Source: Leucoraja ocellata
Taxonomy: Eukaryota
Direction: 5' to 3'
Assembly (NCBI GenBank): GCA_036785375.1
Contig: JAWMAR010000243.1
Span: 248,001-312,000, forward strand
DNA: 64,000 nucleotides
How positions within the stretch are numbered: the first letter of the stretch is position 1; each line of letters starts with the position of its first letter. Under the pieces are notes generated by a model, which was not told where the DNA came from, ran no database searches, and worked only from the letters and a program-made list of their open reading frames with translations. Positions 14,230 to 27,849 of the stretch are shown piece by piece. Position numbers and translations under genes: made by a program.

Positions 14230-14850
14230 TTAAGAACATAAGAAATAACAGGAGCCCATTTGGCCCTTCAGTTCAATGTTGCTGATCATTGACTTCATGG
14301 CTGACTTTCAAAATGCATTCATTTAATTCAGTGCTATTTTCACTATTGAGTATCTCCGTAGCTCTTGATCCCCTTATCATCCTAAAATCTATTCATTGAA
14401 TTACTATAAAATTAAGCCTCCACTGGGCTTCAAATGTGTACACCACCCTCTTGTATGAAGAAATTGCTCGTCTCAGTCTAAAATGCCCTTTCCCTCTATT
14501 TTGAAATTGTGCTCCATGGTTCAAATCTCCTTAAACAGAGGAGATATCCTCCATCTAGCTGTTAAGAGTATGTTTTCATGAGATCTCTCCCAATCTCTAG
14601 AAATAACTACGCCAGATTTCTCCGATTACTGCAAGCCTGCCAACCCTGTAACTAGTGTGGTGAATCTTTGCTGCATGCCCTCTGTGCCAATACCACCCTT
14701 CTTTTTGGTTAAGGAAACCAAAAATGTACATGATGATCAATGTGGAGGTGACACCAAACCCTGTACATTTGCAATAAGACTTCCTTACTCTGGTATTAAT
14801 ATCTTCTTCAAGTAAGCAACGGCATATCATTCGCTGCCATAATCGTTGGC
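14230..14850 (-). mobile_element. Old CR1 LINE 3' fragment
   Basis: aagaacataagaaataacaggagc tail; ggtgaatctttgctgc, ggaaaccaaaaatgtaca motifs. Confidence 0.6.
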
Positions 14851-15140
14851 ACATCTGCATGTTAACCTTCAACTTTATATAAATATATGTTTGTTTCAAC
14901 ATCAAGCTACCAAATCTCATTTAACATATAGTTTGCTTTTCTGACATGCACTAAACATAACAATCCAACATTTTTCTACATTTCATCTGCAATGTTCTCA
15001 TGCACTAGTTACATTTTCAAATAGGGATGAAAAGCTTTCATTTCTATAGATTACGACAAGCTTGGGGCCAAGCACCGATCCCTATGGTATCTGACTAAGC
15101 GTAGCCAGTAAAACTGAAAATGATCAGTATAATCCTATTG

Positions 15141-15342
15141 GTAGACACAAAATGCTGGAGTAACTCAATGGGCGAGGCAGCATCTGTGGAGAGAAGGAAT
15201 GGGTGGTGTTTTGGGTCGAGACCCTTCTTCAGACTCAAAACGTCACCCATTCCTATTCCTTCTAATGCTGCCTCACCTGCTGAGTTATTCCAGCATTTTG
15301 TGTCTACCTTCGATTTTATCCAGCATCTGCAGTTCCTTCTCA
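15141..15342. mobile_element. Palindromic Penelope-derived element with 16-bp TSD
   Basis: cagtataatcctattg at 15125-15140 and 15343-15358; internal inverted repeat gtagacacaaaatgctgga ... tccagcattttgtgtctac. Confidence 0.8.
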
Positions 15343-18339
15343 CAGTATAATCCTATTGTTTGCTTCCTGTCTAATTGTCTAACAGAAGCTCAACCCAAGT
15401 CGGCATCTTATCACTAATTCTGTTTGCTTTTGCTTAACTAATTTTCAGTATATTGATTTGCTGTTGAAAGTCCAAATACTGCATATCTGCCAAATATGAA
15501 CTATATGCAATAAGATCAGTTTCTGTTGGGAATGCTTTTTTTATTGATCTATTAAGAGTTAGGCAAAAGCTTAAAACCTGACCTAATGCAATTTATTAAA
15601 TGCAATGACATTTTTGGTTGAAATTCTGCAAGTACTGCCAGTTTTTCTGTATTTCAGTAATTTGTATTGATTGATCTTTGTCTGCTGTGGGTCTTGGAAT
15701 TATTAGCAAATTTTAAAAAGTGACAATTATTTGTGTAAAGCTGTTAATAAGCTTCCAGTGCAGATTTTATAGTCAACCATTAAAATAACTTAAACTGATA
15801 TGGGATCAAACAACTCTATCTGTAGTGCATCCTGAGTGATTACATGTTCTACTTAAAATATAACTTTCTTGTATAATGGCCAAACATGTAATTTAAATTA
15901 GTCTAGATAAAACAATTAGTCTTGGCAATTGTATGTAGATTCAGATTGTGATACAGATTGAAGTTATGACAACTGATTGTACTGATAACAAATTCCACCA
16001 GCCTGGCTGCGTGGTCATTAAAATATAATACAATACAATATAATACAATACAGGATCTGCCAGATGATGCAACTATTGTGTGTTTACCTGTTTTCTCAAT
16101 TCCTGGTAACAATCCAGTTGTTTCCTTTTTCCATTTCTTTAAACATTTATTTGACTGTGGCAAAATATCTGTCACTGAATTGGTAGATCGGTGGTGTATT
16201 CCACAACATTGCAAGCACCTATTTGGAAAAATTGTAGTTTGTTACAAGAAGACGGCAATTATTTTCTGTTTTTAGCTCTCTCAACAGCTAAGATGTATCT
16301 GCTCTCTGCTGTTCTGCCTCATTGCTTTGTAACATGAAACGATTGAATACAGGTGTTTAATGTTTTGTTCTGGTAGAAAGGCATCCTATATTTTAATCAA
16401 GAACCCATTTAAATTTTATTTTAGAACAGTATTTTTAACTAAAATATTTAAAATTAATTAATATTTTTTCCCCCTGGATTTTGTGATTTCAGTGGAAGAG
16501 CAACAGCAAACTGCTCCAATCCAGGCACCAATGTCCTGTGCACTTTCTCTAGTTAACCATATTAAGATGATCACTCTTTCCAAATGGTTGGTTACTTCAC
16601 TTTGCCTGCCCGAGTTTCCAGAAGCAAGCTGTGCCACGCCATCTTCCTTACTGGGCCAGAAATGCACTGATTTGGGGATAATATATATGATAAAGGGAGA
16701 ATTCATGAACAGGAAACTGTGAATAAAGTGATCACTTTGGGGTTGAGACCTATGATCAGTGGAGTGTTTCAGGGATTCATCTGAAAGATTTCATGAGATT
16801 ACACTACTTTAATTCCCATCTTGTTTGAATGAAGAATATTTCCCATATTACAATTAGGACTACAGGGTTAGTGGATGTTATCTGGGTTTGAGGGCTCGAG
16901 TTTTGGGAGAGTTTGAATAGCTGGGAGGATATTGCCCATTGTCCCTAGTTCCCAGCAATATTCCTGAAAATCTCCACTCTCAAGCATCCTTCCTGAATTG
17001 TGCTAGGCAGAACCATGCACAATGCCTACGGCCTAACTATACATTTCCAGCTTAACCCCTCTCTTACTTTACAATTTGTTCCTCCTGTAAATTAGGAATG
17101 CTTTGTTCATGTCTTGATACTTTTGTGTATCCAGACTTAAGTTTTAAAGTATAGGATCGGGTCCTTCAGCCCACTCTATCCTTGCCAAGCACTGATATAC
17201 AACAGTTCCAAATTTTCCCCCCATTATGGGCATCCACTTTAATGCTCCCCATGTCCTCATCACTTGTTGGCACGGAGTCTTGTATTAAATTTCTTGCCTG
17301 GCCAGGCGTCCCCAGTTTCATTGTCTTCTCTGGATTGAATTTGATTTGCTATATTCCTGTGCATCTAGCGAGTATATTATACCTGTTTCCAGTCTGCATT
17401 CTTTCTTCTTGTTATTAACCACAAGACTAATTATTATTTAAAAACTTCATTGACCTCTCAACCAGGATCTTCTGGAATTGCAAATCAGCGTTGACCATTT
17501 TGTATTGTCTCCCCACATAAAAACCTAATATAACACTGAGTTCAAGCTATTGATTCAAGCATTCCTGAGTTTCTAGTCAGGTTTAGTCATGCATTTTGTT
17601 TGGTCACTTTGCTTGTGGTTGTCATGGGGAAAATAATAAAGCTTGGATATTTGCAGGAAGTTAAAATATTTAGCTGACAATATATACCTGGTGCATATAA
17701 AATAAGTTATCAACTAAGCCTGTTTGCCATTTAAATTGAAACTAAATAATAGACGTCTGAATTTAGTTTAGATCCTAACATTAAGTACAAAACTAAAAAT
17801 ATTAATGTTACTTACACTAAATTCTTATGGTGGATGTTTTTTCTAAATTTGGTATTCAGTATATATCTCTGATCCGAAATGAGTAGCTTCCAAGCTGATT
17901 TTAATCATATTGTAAACTCGATCTAATTGTGAGATACGTTTCCAATCACATATGCAAAATTATTACAGTTACAAATGCGTATTAGCCCACCCAACCTCTT
18001 CCACATCCCTAACTTCTCCATTTTGTCATTGAAGTTCTGATCCCGGCTTTGTTTTTATCAGATTTAACTATTCCAGTATTTTCTTCTAGTCTCCCACCTG
18101 CCACTTTATCAGTCTGACTCAATTGCATTCATCCCAACTTGCACTTTCTCTTTCATTCATTGACCCTGCATTTGTTGACTTGTGATCCAATTTAGCAACA
18201 CAAACAGCTTTGTTCATATCTTCTGTACCCGATCTCTGTAGTATCTCTGCATCACTCAAAATCTTGTATTGTCGAATTCTTATTTGTTTTCTCTCTTTGC
18301 ATATCCGTGACACCATTTGCCCAGTGCCAGTTGTTTTCA

Positions 18340-20220
18340 ATGGTCTAGGTGCAACATGACCTCCCAACTTCTATACTCTGACTGATGAAGGCCAATGTGC
18401 CAAAAGCCGTTTTTACCATCTTATCTACCTGCGACTTGACCTTCAAGGAGCCATGCACTTGTCCTCCTAGATCCCCCTTCTCTACAACACAACCCAGAGG
18501 CCTACCATTTACTTTGGAGGTCCTGCCCTTGTTCGACGTCCCAAAATGCAACACCTCACACTTCTCTGTATTAAATTCTATCAACCATTCCTCAGCCCAC
18601 CTGGCCAATCGATCCAGATTCTGCTGTAATCTTTCACAACCATCTTCACAATCTGCAAAACCACCCACTTTTCTATCATCAGCAAACTTGCTAATCTTTC
18701 CCTATATGTTCTCATCTAAATCATTGATGTAGATGACAAACAGTAATGGGCCCAACACTGAACCCTGAGGCACACCACTAGTCACAGGCCTCTGGTCTGA
18801 GAAGCTACCTTCCACCACCGCCCTCTGCTTCCTTCCAATTTGCTATCCATTCATCAATCTCTCCTTAGATCCTTTGCGATCTAACCTCCCTGAGCAACCT
18901 AACATTCGGAACCTTGTCAAATGCCTTACTGAAATCCATGTATACATCATCTACAGCTCTGCCCTCATCGACCTTTTTGGTCACGTCTTCAAAAAACTCA
19001 ACCAGATGTGAGACATGACCTCCCACATACAAAACCATGCTGACTTTCCCAAATCAGCCCTTGCCCGTCCAAATGCCTGTATAACCTATCCCTCAGAATA
19101 CTCTCTAGTAACTTTCCAACTACAGATGGTAAGCTCACTGGCCTATAGTTCCCAGCATTTTCCCTGCAGCCCTTCTTGAAAAGAGGCATAACATTTGCCA
19201 CCCTCCAGTCTTCCGGCACCTCTCCTGTATTTAAGGACAACTCGTAAATTTCAACCAGGGCTCCCACAATTTCTTCTCTGATTTCCCGTAGTCCTTGGGT
19301 ATATCTGATCAGGCCCTGGAGATTTGTCTACCTTCATACACGATAGTACCTTCAGTATTTCGTCGACGGTAACACTGACTGCTCTCAAGACACTTCCATT
19401 GACTGCCCCAAGTTGCTCCGTCTTTACTCTCTTTCTCCATGGTAAATACAGAGGAGAAATACTAATTGAGTCTATTGCCCATCTCCTGTTGCTCCACACA
19501 GAGGTGACCGCTTTGATTCCTGAGGACCCACTCTTTCTCTACCCTTTTCTCCTTTATGTATTTATAACAATTTTTGGGATTGTCCTTAATGCTACACGCC
19601 AGAGCTATCTCCTGGCCCCTTTCTGCACTTCTGATCTCCTTTTTCAGTTTACTCCTTATGCCCCTGTTAAAGTATTATTCCATTTCAAATTTTTTGTCGA
19701 AGGGGGGTCCAGTGGCCGTTTTTTTTGGCGACCTGCTACGACTATGACAGTCGCCTAAAAATAGCCTTAAGTTGGACAGGCCCATATGTTCCCGAAACTC
19801 CTCCAGGGATGCACTTATCCCAGCTGCCTGTAACGTGCCCCATGCATCCTTCTTGTTTTTGATCAATGCCTCAATTTCCTGTGTCAGCCAAGCTTCTTTA
19901 CGTTTGCCTGCTTTGCCCTTCACTCCAACGGGAACGTACGTAGTCTGAGCTTTTGTCAGCACAGTTTTTAAAAACATCCCACTTAGCTGATGTTCCTTTC
20001 CTCTCAAATAACCTGCTCCAGTCAACTTGAGCGAGACCTTCTCTTATACCCTCAGTTTCCCTTACTCCAATTGAGCATTTTAACCCTCTCTGTCCTTATC
20101 CATGACTATCTTAAACCTAGTCACTAGTCCCAAAAGGCCCCTCCACAAACACTTCATTACCTTGCCCATCCCAATTTCCTAATACTGGATCCAGTGTTGC
20201 CCTCTAACGTGTGGGGGGTT
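18340..20220 (-). mobile_element. CR1 LINE ORF2 (reverse transcriptase) remnant with frameshifts
   Basis: ORF fragments DKSPGPDQIYPR, GEVPEDWRVANVMPLFKKG..GNYRPVSL..VGKLLE..QHGF..GRSCLT, and LQQNLDRL..WAEEW..FNTEKCEVLHFG. Confidence 0.9.
19659..19784. mobile_element. Internally deleted PIF/Harbinger-like MITE nested in CR1
   Basis: tta|tgcccctgt ... aagttggacaggccca termini resemble the terminus agggcctgtcccactt at 58293; interrupts CR1 sequence. Confidence 0.45.
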
Positions 20221-21004
20221 CTATATTGACATGTTTGGGATTGACTGAGGTGGAAGTAAATTTCTTTATGTAGGGAATCATTGAAACATTCATTGGTAAC
20301 TTTTTTTGCAGTAAAGCAGTCACAAATTTTATGGAATAAGTATTTGAAGCAAGGGAAGACACAAGCTATGGGAAGGACCTAGAACAAAGATAATTGAAAG
20401 ATAGCTGAGTTACATTCTGTGCTATTAACATCTTTTGATCCATCAACATCAGACAGCTTTGCACAACAGTTGATTTCTGTAGCCTTTCAAAACCTCAAAT
20501 CATTGGCCTAGATTAATTAGCATGTTAAAATATTTACAGTAATTTCTCAAAATTCTTGGTGAATGAATGTGTTCAATGGAATGTGGACTTAAATTACAAT
20601 ATTTTGGCCGACTGGGTTTAACATTGTCAACAAATGTCTCAGCAAGGGTTGCTCAGTCGGATCTTTCCGCTTTATTATAATGAAGTTCTTTGTAAATTAC
20701 AGGATATGTTTCAATGGATCATGAACCTGAGTGCCAGCATCAAATTAAGAAACAGATTTATACCTATGAGTTAGTCACTTTACACATGTAGATTTAACTG
20801 CAGATTTTCATGACAACATCTCGAAGAGCTTCAATCACTTTTATTGCACGTTGCTTAAAATTGTTGTATCCTAAGATGATGAAAAACAAACTCTGATCCT
20901 CCTAAACAATTCCACGGAGAATAATTTGAATGTCCTATCTGCTGTTGTCATATATTTTACATTGTTGCAGTTTTTATTGTGTAGCTTATTTCTATTTCTT
21001 TTAG

Positions 21005-21181
21005 CACAAGAGAAAGTTGCACAGTTAACAAACCACATGACGGTGGAAAATCGTTCTTGTGTGCTTGTCCGTCGTGATCTGGTTGCTCTTCCTGCCAGCC
21101 TCATCAGTCAGATTGGTTACAGATGTCACCCCAAGCTGTACTCTGAGGGTGACCCTGGTGAGAAACTAGAACTTGTCTCTG
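21005..21181 (+). CDS. NACC2: NACC2 coding exon 2
   Basis: Polypyrimidine tract + ttag acceptor; encodes QEK...[43 protein letters not shown]; donor G|gtaagc; 177 nt, phase 1-1. Confidence 0.96.
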
Positions 21182-23870
21182 GTAAGCATAATTTAAAACC
21201 TTGATTCTTCACTTGTGAAGAAGATGCAACGTTCAGTGCATTGTTGAAAAAGTAAGCTGTCATTAGACCAGGCCTCCTGATTAAGTTTGGGGAGAGCTTT
21301 TTATGCCACAGTCTTTTCAGTAATAATTTGAGCTTTATGTTGTTTGAATCCTGCGATTTTTTTTTTCTGATTTGCTTTTACTCTCTGCTTGCCACGCATG
21401 GAACTTCTGTGGTACCCGAATGAGGAGAGCCAATAAATTGAAGATCTGAGTGGTGTTTGCAATGTAGTCAAAAGAAGTCTAAGCTGATCCGAAATGTATA
21501 CTGCAATTTTTACCTTCCTGTCCCCCACCCCTCCTCCAATGTGAATGCTTCATTTGTACTCTAATGAAGAATGAAATATGTCAATATTGTTCCACTTGAA
21601 TCCACGCAAACATCCTCAATGACAATGTTGATCGCTTCACTCTACAATATTTTTTCATTGGCAACCATGCGTTCTGGTGCTTGGGCCCCAAGCTTTCGAG
21701 CTCCTTTCCAAATTCTCTACACTTCTTCCGGTGCAATGGAATTAGAAGCTTGTATCACTCTCTTGCCGTGCATGTGTTGATGCTGTTTACTGATAAACAC
21801 TTTTGATTATTTTATGGACAAAATTGTAATGAGTACTCCAATTTAAGGAAATTTCCACCAACAAATTGAACATTGGAAAGATAAATAATTTATGGAGAAA
21901 TATGGATCATGTATAGGGAGAGAAGTTTGACTGAGCATCATGTACAGAACAGACATTGTGTGCCGAAGGGCCTGTTCCCCTACTGTACTGTTTTATGTTC
22001 TAATGCCTACTTGATTTTAGACAATCTCAGTGCACTTAGACATTTCAATCTGTAGAGTGCTGCATAAAAATAGGGCTTTTTAATATACTTTTTACATTTT
22101 ATGCAGTAGCTGGATTTTATTGTAAAATGACAGCTAGCTAGCACTTAAGGTCAGCAGCTTGAGTACAACATAAATCATCATGCATTTTAGCTAGTTCAAA
22201 GGTGCAAGAGCTCAAATATAATGATTTAAAAACTGTTAAATGTTTAATGCCAGTGAGAACTATCACGCTTTATCGGTGATATAGTGGAAGTTATCTATTA
22301 AATGTAACACTCTTCAGTTGAGAAGAGATTTTATTTTCTCATAGAAGTAAACTCGTGAGCACCATGCATTCAGCTGCAGACCAACCATCTTTCCTCTCCT
22401 CTTACCTATTTTCTTTGCATGAATGCTGCATGGTAAAGTTTCTTGCCAAAAAAGGGGCTCTACATTTTGTCTTCCTTTACCAAAATGAAATTTATGACTT
22501 GGTGGTTATGAAAGTTGTTAGGCAAGCCAGCAGTCTCATAAAGGAAAACCACAATATTTCCATGCAAGACCACAAGATCAATGAGAAAAAAGTGCGTCTA
22601 AGGCACATAAGTTGAGGGACATTTCTTGAAATTTTGTATATTTATCAAAAATTTGCAATGAGCTGAGATTATTATTTAAATTACCATTTTGTGTAATCTT
22701 GTTTACACTTTTAAAGTGAGTGTTAAGCCTATTAACATCCTTTTGAATAGCAAATCTAATCATAGTGATTTATTTTACATTTATACATAAATATCAAATA
22801 TGATTCACTCCTTGATGTATCAACATTGCCATTGAAAAGGCTCATTGAATGGAATGTGCTCTACTTGTTTTGATGGGTGAAGTCGATGTCCTTTGATCTG
22901 AAAATTCCACTTAATCAGCAGCTAATCTGCCTTGAGCATCCATTTTTTCCACCTCATCTTGCAATGCCCGCTGAATGTAAAGTACAGGCTTCTCTGATTT
23001 ACAAAACCCTAATCTCCAAAAGGGTAAGAGGTTTTGGGGGCATAGGAACACAAACTTCCAAGTTGCACACTATCATGTCTTCAACAGCTTGACATTTTTT
23101 GACATTGATTCAAAATCTTCACTATTTCTAACAATGTTTTGGGAGTATCTTCAAAGAGCACTGTTATTAATTAAGCTTTGGTGTGCAGGGAATGTTCTTG
23201 AGGGTTTTCAGTAAAAGGTGTTGGGGCCTGTTGACTACTTTATGATATTAGACTGTTGGTCATTTGGTGCAATGCTTCACCAGAGCAAACACCAAAATCA
23301 TTTCTCCCTTACTGTCTGATCCAACTTGCTCACTGGTCTTAAGATGGCAGCTTTGAGAAAAGGTCATCATCTATCTATTTCTGGAATGTGTTTACACATT
23401 CAAGTTAAGGAGAGATGCACAATGGACTTTGTCAAGATTCATCTTGTGCAGTAGCATAACACTGGACTCTTGTGTTCTGTGGAATTTTCAATGTGAATTT
23501 CCATCCGAACTAGAACTGTGCACACTCAACTGAGTATTCACATGGAATATAATGAGAACACTGATTCATTGCTGCCCAATGGGCTATTGATAACATTGGG
23601 AATGTATAAATGCTGTACTGGCATATTTACACCTCATGCTTTCCACAGGTGGAATAAAAATATAATTTGTTAAATGTTGGATGTGCTCATTGTGACACCA
23701 TAAGTGTCTAAGTCATGTTTAACCCACTGTTGTTCATGATGGAAGAAATATCACTTTTCTTTGGCAACCCTATGTATATAAGGAAATTGAATTCAAGCTA
23801 GCTGTGCACACTATTCAGACTTTTTAAAGGTTACAGTGCCTGATTAACTGTTATGATGCTTCTGATATTA

Positions 23871-24495
23871 TAGACAATAGGTGCAGGAGTAGGCCATTCA
23901 ATATGATCATGGCTGATCATCCCCAATCAGTACCCCGTTCCTGCCGTCTCCCCATATCCCATGACTCCGCTATCTTTAAGAGCCCTATCTAGTTCTCTCT
24001 TGAAAGTATCCAGGGAACCGACCTCCACTGCCCTCTGAGGCAGAGAATTCTACAACCTCACAACTCTCTGTGAGAAAAAGTGTTTCCTCGTCTCCGTTCT
24101 AAATGGCTTACTCCTTATTCTGTGGCCCCTGGTTCTGGACTCCCCCAACATCGGGAGCATGTTTCCTGCCTCTGGTGTGTCCAAACCCTTAACAATCTTA
24201 CGTTTCAATAAGAAACCCTCTCATCCTTCTAAACTCCAGAGTGTACAAGCCCAGCCCCTCCATTCTCTCAGCATATGACAGTCCTGCCATCCCGGGTATT
24301 AACCTTGTAAATCTACGCTGCACTCCCTCAATGGCAAGAATATGCAGTTTGATAGAGCTTTTAAAGATAGCGGAGTCAGGGGATATGATGAGAAGGCAGG
24401 AACGGGGTACTGATTGTGGATGATCAGCAATGATCACATTAAATGGCGGTATTGGTTCGAAGGGCTAAATGGCCTACTCCTGCACCTATTGTCTA
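23871..24495. mobile_element. Two CR1 3' ends joined head-to-head (long - strand copy, short + strand copy)
   Basis: Starts tagacaataggtgcaggagtaggccatt and ends aatggcctactcctgcacctattgtcta; ORF LAIEGVQRRFTRLIPGMAGLSYAER on the - strand. Confidence 0.85.
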
Positions 24496-25824
24496 CTCTA
24501 AGTGCAAAATGCAAAAAAAAAGCAGATGCTGATTAGATTAGTGATCAGGACCTTGCCCATGATGAAAGAGTTTTGGGTGGGTGGAGGATGGGCCATATGT
24601 TGCTGGTCCACAGAAGAGTGTTTCATTATGCCATGTCCCTACCGCAGGAGTTCAATGCTCTTGTGTGACAAATCCATTCGTATTGCGGGAAGCATCCTGC
24701 TAATATTCTGTATCTCTTTGCTCTGGTGGACCACGTGAACCACGTGGATCTTGTAACATCCTTGTTTTCATTTAGAGCAGCAGTCTGTTTGTGAATGACA
24801 TCTTGCTGCACAGTGTAGATTGTGGTTCACTCATGACAGGTTGATACCTTGTGGCATATTGTCCTTCCTTCAGAGGTTTAAACCATGGTTGTAGCCAGAT
24901 GTTTAGCTGGGTTAGTGCGAGACTGTGCAGAAACAAATGTGGCATCTGAGCCAGTAAGTGTTGAGTAATGGGAATAACCCGAATCCCCGACGCAATACAC
25001 ATCGCATCCAGGAGGCATTGGTGTCCTTGCTGTGCACAACCATTTGCCAAAGTTTGGACATCTTCCAAACATGCCTTCTTTTTGTGAGGCAAGCCGTAAC
25101 AGTGAACTATCTTGTGCATTCCCATTTGTCTTTTTGACAGCATTCCAATTGTGGTACCCATCTGAGTACACTTGGGCAGTACATATATTTACAACCCCTC
25201 CCACCCCAGATTTCTTGTGCATGCTGCCATGGTTGAAGGCTATTTCCTCATTGTATATCAGTGCTCCTGGTGCTCTTATCCCAGTCACTTTTTGACTGGT
25301 TCTTCTATCAGTAGCACTGTGGGTTCCGTGCTCTCCCCACACCCTGTTTACAATGCACAGGAAGTCTCCTAGCTTCTGCCTCTGGTGTCAGGATTTAGAT
25401 ATCGCGTTCAGTGAATCTATTGCCCTCCATTTTCCCTGCCATCTCTAGCTATTTAAATTGGTGGTCATTTTATATTGTTGCTGATGTTTGGTAGCCATGG
25501 GAACTGTTCTTTTTATAGGCTAATGGCCTTTTGGCATTGGTGTACAGCAAAGGGTCAGGTAGCAATAAGCGGAGGTCTTTCAGGAATTAAGCAGGTCTCA
25601 TCGTGGTATATGTTTCCGGGCATAGACCATGCTGCTGCTGCTGTTTCAAACAATTCCTTGGTGAATTAGATTTTTTTGTGCAGGGTACTGGAATGGATAT
25701 TATCTCTGGATACAATTGCAGTGTAGCATACCAGAAAAGTTGCAATACTAGCAACTTTGGCAAGCAAGAGTTTTAAACCATGGTGTATCAGCAATGGTTT
25801 GTTTACTTAAAATAAATTAGTTTA

Positions 25825-26072
25825 GTGATGCAGCGTGGAAACAGGCCCTTCGGCCCATCGAGTCCGCACCAACCAGTGATCCTCGCACACTAACACTATT
25901 CTACACACACACACTGGGAACAATTTACACTTGTACCAAGCCAATTAACCCACAGACCTGTACGTCTTTGGAGTGTGGTAGGAAACTGAAGATCGTGGAG
26001 AAAAGAACCCGATTCTCTGGTGCTACTAGCGTTATAAGGCAGCAACTCTACCACTGTGCCACCGTGCAGCCC
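25825..26072 (-). mobile_element. HE1/V-SINE-like SINE, internally deleted
   Basis: Same family as 3500-3803. Confidence 0.75.
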
Positions 26073-26579
26073 TATTCATTTTGGGTAAAATTAGTTCTTT
26101 TGGTTTGACATAGCTGTTGAAGAAAAGACTAATTGCAAACAGAATATTTAAACTTAAATAAGCGGATGTCATGAACACGTGCTTGCGCACTGCACACATC
26201 AGCAACTTTAGCAGCACTTGCAGATGAGGCTTCCTGAAAAAAAGATAAGAATTGTGATTTTAATAATGGTTTTGTTCTCTAAAAATCTTTTCCAATCTGT
26301 TCTGGTACCTTAATTTCATATTTATTTAAATGCTTCCCTCTTGTAGTTATGCGGACTGTGGCATGTTATCTTTCTCTGGTTGTAGATTACAGGGTATTTA
26401 AATATGAGTACCCCAGCCCTTGATAAAGAAAGGAGCTTTTGTTCACTTGAAGTAATTACTTCTCCTACGGAATTCTCAAGAGCCTTGCAATTGAATAGAA
26501 TATTGTCTCTATCACTTATTTCTGGAACCATTCAAGAACAATGCAGAAGACTTAGTTTAATGTGTTTGTCCATTGGCAG

Positions 26580-26685
26580 GTTCTGCAGTTTATATCACCC
26601 GGGGTCAAGTGATGAACTGTCACCTCTGCGCTGGGGTCAAACACAAGGTGCTCCTTCGCCGCCTGCTTGCCTCATTCTTTGATCG
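26580..26685 (+). CDS. NACC2: NACC2 coding exon 3 (BEN domain start)
   Basis: ggcag|GT acceptor; [36 protein letters not shown]; donor CG|gtgagt; 106 nt; not in the supplied ORF list. Confidence 0.95.
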
Positions 26686-26845
26686 GTGAGTAACAGAATC
26701 ACAACCATGCTATGTACCTTAAATTTGCCACCAATTTAAACCATATTACATGGTGATTTGCTATAAATATTTTTTTTTTTGTTTTCTTAGCCAACAAACT
26801 CTTAGTTCCGGTAAGGTTAATGAGATGGTTTTCATTATTTTTCAG

Positions 26846-26943
26846 CAACACATTGGCAAATAGCTGTGGCACTGGGATCCGTTCCTCCACCAGTGACCCT
26901 AGTAGAAAGCCTTTGGATAGCAGGGTCTTGAATGCAGTAAAAC
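26846..26943 (+). CDS. NACC2: NACC2 coding exon 4 (BEN domain)
   Basis: ttttcag acceptor; [32 protein letters not shown]; donor C|gtgagt; 98 nt. Confidence 0.95.
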
Positions 26944-27139
26944 GTGAGTTGTAATCGGTTGATTCATTCTTGCCATGAACATGGGGGGGTGGTGGTTAAA
27001 ACCTGGGAGAGGCATATACATTATCTTTCAAAATATTTGATGTCTGGGAAATGAAGAATCTGATGATGGCTCTGAGAATAATCTGAATGGAGCTGTGTAT
27101 TGCATGCTCATCAATTGAAATTATCAACAATAGGATTTA

Positions 27140-27725
27140 AAGTATTAGAGTTATGCTGCAAGCAAACAGGGCCTTCGGCTGAACTTGCTTATGACAACCA
27201 AGTTGCCCCGTTTACCCATATCCTACCTACCTGCATTTGGTTCATATCCCACTAAACCTTTCCAACCCTGTATCAGTCCAATTGTCTTTTAAATGTTCTT
27301 ATTGCACCTGCCTCCACTACGTCCACTGGCATCTCATTCCATTTACCCACCATCCTCTGAGTGAAAAAGTTGTCCCTCTGGTTCCTATTAAATCTTTCCC
27401 CTCTCACCTTAAATCTATATTCTCTGGTTCTTGATTCCACTTCTCGGGATAAATGTGCTTTCATCTAATCTATTCCCCTCATGAGTTTACACACCACTAT
27501 AAGATTACTCCTCAGCCTCCTGCGCACAAAAGAATATAGTCGTAGCCTATCAATAGCTCAGACCCTCCAGTCCTGGCAACATCCTTGTATATCTTCTCTG
27601 CATTCTTTCCAATTTAACAACATCCTTCCAATAGCAGGTGACCAAAACTGAACACAATACTTCAAGTGTGGCCTCACCAATGTCTTGTGCAACTGTAACA
27701 TAACATCCCAACTTCTATACATTAA
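27140..27725 (-). mobile_element. CR1 LINE 3' fragment
   Basis: SRTREYRFKVRGERFN...FFTQRMVGKWNEMP..VVEAG.I.TFKRQLD. Confidence 0.8.
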
Positions 27726-27849
27726 AGAATTCAATTAGTTCTCAAACATTTTTGTGAGAGCTCCAATGTGTATGATTAACTTGTATTGGACGTGCATCAT
27801 TGCTGAATAGTGCATGCGTGGGACATTTTTTAAATTGAGTACAATTTAG

